A DNA stretch of 64,000 nt, taken from a virus. The notes under the pieces were generated by a model. That model was not told where the DNA came from. It saw nothing but the letters and a program-made list of their open reading frames with translations, and ran no database searches. Where the stretch lies: positions 41,789 through 105,788 of the IMG/VR virus record IMGVR_UViG_3300020187_000015. The stretch is one strand, 5' to 3'. Within the stretch, counting starts at the first letter, position 1, and every line of letters starts with the position of its first letter. This document shows, in pieces, positions 57,937-64,000 of the stretch. The translations under genes and the position numbers were made by a program.

Positions 57937-59076
57937 CTAGATCGCGATAGCGAAGAGGTTTCTTGGCTCAACGCTAAGATAACCTGCTTCAGTTGTTCCG
58001 TAGAATCCAACCTTACCTTCTCTGGCAACAAACTGGTTGTCAGGAAGAGCATTGAATGTCGAACCACTTTCACTGTCGTTGATTTCAACCTTAACAAGAC
58101 CGTTAACATCAACAGATCTGTTGATACCAAGAACGATTTGCTCAGTAGCACCATTGAATTGTGCTGTACCAGTTCCTGCATTATCAGGATAAGCATTAGA
58201 ACCTGCAAACGCATCGAAGATGGTATTGAAGTCCTGACCTACGCCCATTTCAACCATTTGGATGATGTTGCAACCATACAGGGTTGGGATACCAGCAGCA
58301 CCATACACTTCGTTACGAAGCGAATCAGGAGCAGCAATGCCGTCCTCTGTGTTAGCAGGAGCGCCACCATCAGCAGCAACAGTATTCATTGGGTTATAAG
58401 CGATAGCGCGAATGTCTTCAACGATTTCAGGAGAAACTAGCAGATCAGTAATGCCACGAGCGCCCGAAGCGTTAGGAGTTCCGCCAAGAGCAGAAGTAAC
58501 GATACGAGAAGCAAGAGTTTCAAGTCGGTTCAAGTCGGCAAGAACGAATCTGCCAGCTTGGTGCGAACGAGTAACGTGATACTGATCGTTAGTTTGAACA
58601 TTAGCAACCGAATCAAGGATTGGCTGGATGCCTTGGCGCTTCATCTTGAAGCGAACTTCGTTGATCATCTTGCGAATACCATTTTCAGCGTGTTGAATAC
58701 GTCCAGCCTTAAGATACTTACGATACATTGCGATAGCAGCTGTAACTACGAAAGTAGTGAAGGGGATGTCATCAGCACCAGTCAATTGGCTGTATGCAAG
58801 ATCGCCTGGTTGGCTAGAGAATGTTACACGAACATAGTCTGGCTTATCGACGTTATAAAAATCATCGAGAGGAATAGTGCGAGGCTCAAACTCTCCAACG
58901 GAAATAGTATCATACAAAGAATCGATGATATTAGTTTCGTCAAGAACCTTTCTTGCAAGAGGGCCAACTAGGTTTGCGAAAACCTTCATTGCTTTTGCAG
59001 AAGTTTCCTCGTCACTCGAACCCATTGCCTTAATAAGGGCGATTTGTTCTGGTTTTTCTTTTAGTTTAATTTTCAT
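57937..59076 (-). CDS. Major capsid protein (HK97 fold)
   Basis: 379 aa, downstream of protease/scaffold and decoration genes; high-expression codon bias; followed by a terminator. Confidence 0.8.
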   Translation of the reverse strand: MKIKLKEKPEQIALIKAMGSSDEETSAKAMKVFANLVGPLARKVLDETNIIDSLYDTISVGEFEPRTIPLDDFYNVDKPDYVRVTFSSQPGDLAYSQLTGADDIPFTTFVVTAAIAMYRKYLKAGRIQHAENGIRKMINEVRFKMKRQGIQPILDSVANVQTNDQYHVTRSHQAGRFVLADLNRLETLASRIVTSALGGTPNASGARGITDLLVSPEIVEDIRAIAYNPMNTVAADGGAPANTEDGIAAPDSLRNEVYGAAGIPTLYGCNIIQMVEMGVGQDFNTIFDAFAGSNAYPDNAGTGTAQFNGATEQIVLGINRSVDVNGLVKVEINDSESGSTFNALPDNQFVAREGKVGFYGTTEAGYLSVEPRNLFAIAI

Positions 59077-59095
59077 TTTAGTAATAACTTATATT

Positions 59096-59683
59096 TTAGA
59101 GTGACAGTTGGATGAGAACATCAGACTGACGAGTGCCAGTGCTTGAGATAACTTTTCCGATTTGAAGAGCAGCGGCAGGAACAGCGCCTGTAACAACAAC
59201 AGATGTATCAACAAGAGCAAATGTGCCAGCAGCTCCAGCCTTAAGACCAGAACCAGGAGCAGGAGTACCACCATTGACTTGATTTGCATCAATCCAAAAT
59301 AGACCTTCTGTAGCAATTTGAACTGGCTTGCCAGAAGCAACGTAACCATTTTCGTCAGCCCAACGTTTGTTGAAGCCATCGACTTTATTCCCGTTAGCGT
59401 CTACAGTAGCAGTGCCTTCGAGGGTGATGCCAAGAACCTGAGCAGAAGTATCTCCTGCTGCGGCTTTAGCGACTGAATATGGAGCTACTTGCTGATTGCT
59501 GTAGATACCATCATAGGAACCTCCTACTGGGGATGAGCTGTAATAAGTGTCACTGTCAGGATCGTACGAAGAAACCTTAACGAGATGACCAGCCTGACCA
59601 GTGAAGTCCGTGCGGAACTCAGAAACGATCTTATGAGGAGGAACGTTGCGAGTTGGTTTTAGGATTAGGTCTTTATATGCCAT
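59096..59683 (-). CDS. Head decoration/cement protein
   Basis: VLGITL...V.SGKPVQIATEG pattern; immediately upstream of the capsid gene. Confidence 0.65.
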   Translation of the reverse strand: MAYKDLILKPTRNVPPHKIVSEFRTDFTGQAGHLVKVSSYDPDSDTYYSSSPVGGSYDGIYSNQQVAPYSVAKAAAGDTSAQVLGITLEGTATVDANGNKVDGFNKRWADENGYVASGKPVQIATEGLFWIDANQVNGGTPAPGSGLKAGAAGTFALVDTSVVVTGAVPAAALQIGKVISSTGTRQSDVLIQLSL

Positions 59684-59706
59684 AATTTATTTTTTTTATG
59701 TTTTTT

Positions 59707-61215
59707 TTATTTACCCGCAAGTTCGAATTCGAAGTTTTCAAATTCATCTTTAAGGGATTTGTATTCATGTTGAGAGTTAGTAACTTCTTCTGTTGCTGAA
59801 TTGGAAGCTTCGGTGATTACCGCCTCTGCTTCTTCTTCCGCCGCAGCTTCTGCTACACACTCTTCGGTTTCTTCTGAATCGGACTCTTCTTGAGAGACTT
59901 CTTCACTAGCTTCTGCCTTTAAGTGACTTCCAGCTAAAATTTTAAATCTACTAAGCCAAGCGCCATACTGCTCTTCATCTATATTCTTGATTTCTTCAGC
60001 AACAACCTTCGCTACTTCGCCTTCAAGATTAAATTCAGAACTTAGAGCAGTCATTCTTTCGTCGAATACTCTTTGTTTTTCTTGCGCTTCAACTTTGTCT
60101 TTAATTTCAGAAAGTTCGGAGTCTTGAGCGGCCTTAGCTGCTTCAAGTTCTGCTATTTTCGTCTCCAACGTCGCACGAGCTTCTTCGGCCTGTACGATAA
60201 GTGCATCTTTTTCGGAGATGGAAGCTGCAAACTCTTCACTCTTCGCACGAATTTCGTCGGCGATAGCGGAAGCTTGAGCTTTATCAACTACGGAATCGAA
60301 ATTCGCTTCCAAAGATGCAAGGGTAGTTACATTAACTTCATCACCAGAGGTAATAGAAGCTAGCGCATTTTTATAATCTGTAATATTTGAGATCTTCATT
60401 GCTTTATTTGGTTTTACATTTATTTTCACTGTTTGTGAATTTTTTTTATTATTATTTTTAATAATTTTAGACTCGGAAGTAATTATACCTTTAACATCAG
60501 CCGCAGGGTTCTTTACTATGCCAGCACCTAAAAATAATTTTTCTCCTTTTATCAGCCTATAGATAGGAGAACCATCATAGTCTCCATTTCCTCCATAGCA
60601 CCTTAAGAAGGGTTTCATTTTTTCAATTTCTCTCTTATCAGAAACTATGTCACCCTCGGCAACATACTTTGATCCCTTTAAGATTTCAAAGTCATTGAAA
60701 TATACTTCCCAAGACATAGAAGCCATTCCATATTCTTCGCTATCCTCTTCGGAAGCTTGAACTAAAAATTCAGCTAGGTCTGGGTTAACACTTTTCCAGA
60801 TATATCCAGTGCCTCCAACTACGACTGGACCGTCGTAGTCTTTTAGGCTACTTTCCTCTATCATCTCCCTATCTTCAGAATACTTTCTGTAGAAAGGGCT
60901 AATCAGAGATCCTACGATCATATCTTCCTCGTGTTCTAAATTTAAATATTTATTAGGTACTTGCTTAGCAAGCTCAAGCGCTCCTTCTCTATCGACCAGA
61001 TCTCCATTTTTATTTGCATTGTCTGAAACATACAAGTCCGCAGAAAGAAATAATAGGTCTGGATTTTTCTCAAAGTCACCTTCTGATACATTCAAAGTAT
61101 CCTTTAAATTTTGTAAAGAAGCCTTCGATAGATTAGAAGTGGTTAGAGATACGACGTTTGCCTTAGAAAGGAAGGTACTTTTATATTTGAATTTGTCACT
61201 TAACGAAGAGCGCAT
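59707..61215 (-). CDS. Prohead protease fused to scaffold
   Basis: NKNGD, LNLEH, SMSWE, GAGIVKNPA; C-terminal acidic coiled coil. Confidence 0.8.
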   Translation of the reverse strand: MRSSLSDKFKYKSTFLSKANVVSLTTSNLSKASLQNLKDTLNVSEGDFEKNPDLLFLSADLYVSDNANKNGDLVDREGALELAKQVPNKYLNLEHEEDMIVGSLISPFYRKYSEDREMIEESSLKDYDGPVVVGGTGYIWKSVNPDLAEFLVQASEEDSEEYGMASMSWEVYFNDFEILKGSKYVAEGDIVSDKREIEKMKPFLRCYGGNGDYDGSPIYRLIKGEKLFLGAGIVKNPAADVKGIITSESKIIKNNNKKNSQTVKINVKPNKAMKISNITDYKNALASITSGDEVNVTTLASLEANFDSVVDKAQASAIADEIRAKSEEFAASISEKDALIVQAEEARATLETKIAELEAAKAAQDSELSEIKDKVEAQEKQRVFDERMTALSSEFNLEGEVAKVVAEEIKNIDEEQYGAWLSRFKILAGSHLKAEASEEVSQEESDSEETEECVAEAAAEEEAEAVITEASNSATEEVTNSQHEYKSLKDEFENFEFELAGK

Positions 61216-61250
61216 ATAGTTATATACATGGTAACACCAAACTTGAGAAG

Positions 61251-63260
61251 TTATTTGGAGTGATAAATCAACATACCCATAAAGTCGTCACTAAGCTCAA
61301 AATCATTACAAATGCTCTCAATCTGATTTTCGATATCTGTATTGCTCAATACAATTTTCTTTTCTATTACCTCTTCAATCGCTTTTTTCCAGTCCTTTAT
61401 TTCATAATTCTTGGATATGTTGTAAGCTATAGACTTTGTAATTTCTTTCTGCTTTTCACTAACTTCTTCTATCCCGTATTTCTTAGCAAAGGAGCTATTG
61501 GTATCTTCCTTAAGACTATCATACTCTGACAATACATCTTTAAGGCTCTTGATTGAAAGCTGTTCAATGCTGCCGACTCTTCTTTGTCTTACTTCATTGA
61601 ATCCAGAATCCTTACTTGGAGGCCTTCCGACTTGATTGGCAGAAGGCTCCTTATCATTATTTCCTGTGTCAGCATCCAAAGGATTATATTGACTATTGTT
61701 GAAAATTTGAGGGAAATATATATCTTCCTCTTTTTGCTTTTTAAACTTTCTTTGAGAAAGAATACTCTCATGAGAGTTCGGAAGCATTCCATTTTTAGTT
61801 GCTTCAAAAAGTTCCTCTGGAGTTAGGAATCCAAGCTCTGCCATTCTAGTATAAACTCTAAACATCTGGGCATCATCTTCTAGACTTACGGAAGAAAGCT
61901 TTACAGTTGGCTTGGCATTAAATCCCATCTTCTTGCAGACATCGCTAAGCTCATCTTCAAGCCATCTTTTAAATATGTTTTGACCTTTCTGAAGTCTTTC
62001 GCAAAATATTTTTACCTTAGTAACCGAATTAGAGAATGTTTCGTTTCCTCCAAATACAGTTTGCAAGCCTTCTCTAATATCTTCGTTGACTTGCTCATAC
62101 TTAGCCTTCCCGATGATCTTATCAATATCTGGGATTACATATTCTGCTTTTGTAGTGTAATCGGCCACTAGTACTCGTTGAGCTTTCTTGTTCTCAAATA
62201 GAGTTTTCATATAAGCCATATGCTCAGGATTTGGAGGAAGTTCAGTTCCGTCTCTACCCTTAGCCCCTCCCATAGTAAGAAGAAGAAGCATACTGTCCAA
62301 AGAGCTAATAATCTGCCTATCAGCATTTTTCATTTCCATTTTTAGTTCGATATCATCCAGTACCCCGTAGAATAGAGGAACAGCAAAGTATTCGTAATCC
62401 TGCTTCTGGTAGAAGATAGAATCAACATTCTCTAAAGCTACCCGTAAAGTTTCTTGAGAGCTGCCATAGTTTTCACTATAATTTTGTATTTGAACTTGTA
62501 TGTCTTTGTCTAAGTTGTTGAAAATAGCCTTCTCAGTTGGAGTCTTTGGATTTTTAAGTCTCTGTATTTCGTAAGGGCTAAGTATCTTGTATACTGCAGA
62601 GTCATATGTTACTCCACCTTCAAGGGCTACTTGAGCTGGGTTAAGAACTGTATACTTTACTGGTATATTGACACTGCCGCTTTTAACATCTCTTAAGCTG
62701 GTAATATCTTTCTTATCTACCTTCCCACCTATTTTATAAATAAAAAGGTTACAAGATCTGTAAAGCTCTCTATAGAATTGTTCAGAGAATCCCTGCATAT
62801 TGACGGCTTCTAGCCATCCTTTGCAAAATGCTTTTGCAGAGCTATTTTTATCGCTGATTTGAATCTCTGAAACGGAGAACTCTACCATAGTTTCTATAGT
62901 ATTTCTAAACAGCTGAAATTCTTCCCAAGCCTTTTGGCACAAGTATACAACCTCTTGAATGCCAATATACCCATCTGAGTGTCTACGATAAATAGTCCCT
63001 CTACCTATTAGATTTGGAAATCTTGCCGCCAACTCGCTGTCAACGCCCAAAGCACTATCAAAAGTTCTTCCTAGAAAGCCGCTCCTGCTGTTGCCTCCTC
63101 CTACCATCCCAATACTCTTTTCGATATTCTCTCTGCTAGAGAAGACATCGTTATAAGTTAATTCTGGCTGTTGAGTAGAAGCTTCCGCTTCTTTCTGAGC
63201 ATAGTATGCTTTTCTATCTTTATGATATAGAGAATTTGAGTTGTACTTCTTTTTTGCCAT
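61251..63260 (-). CDS. Portal protein
   Basis: 669 aa between terminase and protease; LNP, FYQKQDYEYFAVP, GRP motifs. Confidence 0.8.
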   Translation of the reverse strand: MAKKKYNSNSLYHKDRKAYYAQKEAEASTQQPELTYNDVFSSRENIEKSIGMVGGGNSRSGFLGRTFDSALGVDSELAARFPNLIGRGTIYRRHSDGYIGIQEVVYLCQKAWEEFQLFRNTIETMVEFSVSEIQISDKNSSAKAFCKGWLEAVNMQGFSEQFYRELYRSCNLFIYKIGGKVDKKDITSLRDVKSGSVNIPVKYTVLNPAQVALEGGVTYDSAVYKILSPYEIQRLKNPKTPTEKAIFNNLDKDIQVQIQNYSENYGSSQETLRVALENVDSIFYQKQDYEYFAVPLFYGVLDDIELKMEMKNADRQIISSLDSMLLLLTMGGAKGRDGTELPPNPEHMAYMKTLFENKKAQRVLVADYTTKAEYVIPDIDKIIGKAKYEQVNEDIREGLQTVFGGNETFSNSVTKVKIFCERLQKGQNIFKRWLEDELSDVCKKMGFNAKPTVKLSSVSLEDDAQMFRVYTRMAELGFLTPEELFEATKNGMLPNSHESILSQRKFKKQKEEDIYFPQIFNNSQYNPLDADTGNNDKEPSANQVGRPPSKDSGFNEVRQRRVGSIEQLSIKSLKDVLSEYDSLKEDTNSSFAKKYGIEEVSEKQKEITKSIAYNISKNYEIKDWKKAIEEVIEKKIVLSNTDIENQIESICNDFELSDDFMGMLIYHSK

Positions 63261-63269
63261 TTGGTAGAT

Positions 63270-63297
63270 ATTACATTTAATGTGACTTTATGTGAAA
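63270..63297 (-). promoter_or_regulatory. Late promoter motif TTCACA-N15-TGTAAT (portal)
   Basis: The same spacing recurs upstream of 61215, 57836, 55123 and 44737. Confidence 0.65.
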
Positions 63298-63299
63298 GA

Positions 63300-64000
63300 T
63301 TAGAACATCATAGGAGGAACCCAAGTAGATACCTCTTCTTCGTCCGTTTCGTTAAGTAACTGATAGCATTTTCTGCCCCAATTTGCAAGTAAAAGTGACG
63401 AATAGCTATCCTTCCTTGGCTTATCTGGCGTATTCATCTTTCTCATTGTTGTTGGCAAATCAAAAGTTTGATGCCCTTGAGCAGACGCAATCATTTTAAC
63501 ATTTGCGCATTCTGTTTTGGATTGTGATATTAATCTGACTTGATGTTCAACGAAATCATACTGCTTTTTTTTCAACCAATCTTCTTCATTGAAGTTGTCC
63601 TCATTTTCCTGTCCATATATATAATATATTTTATCCATAGGAATATCCTTTTTCCTTACCATGCTCTCAAATTCGCTGTCAATAGGAGCAGATGCAAAGA
63701 ATAACTTTCCCCTGTCAAAGCACATTTGCATATACTCATTAGCCTCTCTAATCCATCCAGTATTAAAGTTTTGAATATGCACAATCTTTCTAGAACCTAA
63801 ATCATAAGAGTACTTACTATTTCTGACATCTTTTTCCGAATCAAACTTAGCTTCGAAGTCTTCCAGTTTTAAATTCCTCTCTTTAAATAAAGAGGAATTA
63901 TTCCAAGTATCTAAAGATTGTCTAGCGCCAGCGAAATCCATACAAATATATTCGATATTAAAATGGGTGATCAAATAAATTATATAATTAATAATATTTT
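63300..64000 (-). CDS. terL: Terminase large subunit, C-terminal nuclease domain (partial)
   Basis: ICMDFAG...RKDSYSSLLLANW; frame open to the window edge; upstream of portal. Confidence 0.75.
   Translation of the reverse strand, partial: NIINYIIYLITHFNIEYICMDFAGARQSLDTWNNSSLFKERNLKLEDFEAKFDSEKDVRNSKYSYDLGSRKIVHIQNFNTGWIREANEYMQMCFDRGKLFFASAPIDSEFESMVRKKDIPMDKIYYIYGQENEDNFNEEDWLKKKQYDFVEHQVRLISQSKTECANVKMIASAQGHQTFDLPTTMRKMNTPDKPRKDSYSSLLLANWGRKCYQLLNETDEEEVSTWVPPMMF

Larger units (their letters stand above)
1..64000. mobile_element. Tailed dsDNA bacteriophage genome segment (siphovirus-like)
   Basis: Colinear terminase-portal-protease-capsid-neck-tail tube-tape measure module; phage-type replication genes (RNR, DnaB, primase, RecA-like, SSB); dense operons; no cellular core genes. 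Confidence 0.95.

Noticed and set aside
57837-58214. N-terminal extension of ORF 57513..58214
   Set aside because: Overlaps the capsid gene in another frame and crosses its terminator; the likely start is 57836
1-64000. Stop-codon reassignment (alternative genetic code)
   Set aside because: Conserved genes (RNR, Gmd, DnaB, capsid) are intact under code 11, and all three stop codons end genes

Overview
The whole window reads as part of an AT-rich tailed dsDNA phage genome (Caudoviricetes; siphovirus-like because a tail tube and tape measure are present but no sheath). No cellular housekeeping genes, tRNA, rRNA, CRISPR array or integrase were seen. Layout: (1) 1-6.1 kb, minus strand: a tandem array of at least 3 BspA-type LRR genes sharing an N-terminal module, several hypotheticals, a GT4 glycosyltransferase and a phage sigma-70-like factor. 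(2) About 6.2-6.6 kb: strand switch with an HTH gene and iteron-like palindromes, a candidate origin. (3) 6.6-30.2 kb, plus strand: a glycosyltransferase/methyltransferase cluster, class I RNR, Gmd, RecA-like protein, nucleases, DnaB, primase, split HldE (ADP-heptose), SSB, and a GT4 fused to half of a split GT9. (4) 30.2-64 kb, minus strand: the morphogenesis module (terminase, portal, protease/scaffold, capsid, neck, tail tube, tape measure, tail tip and fibres). Most notable: about 13 glycan-pathway genes together with extreme Thr-Gly/Ser-Gly enrichment in tail proteins, suggesting phage-encoded virion O-glycosylation or heptosylation; GC-rich mosaic LRR cassettes inside a conserved AT-rich scaffold; a methyltransferase captured between ~180-bp promoter-bearing direct repeats; and a bipartite late-promoter motif TTCNCA-N15-TGTA matching the phage's own sigma factor. 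All functional calls come from motif recognition by eye; no database searches were run.
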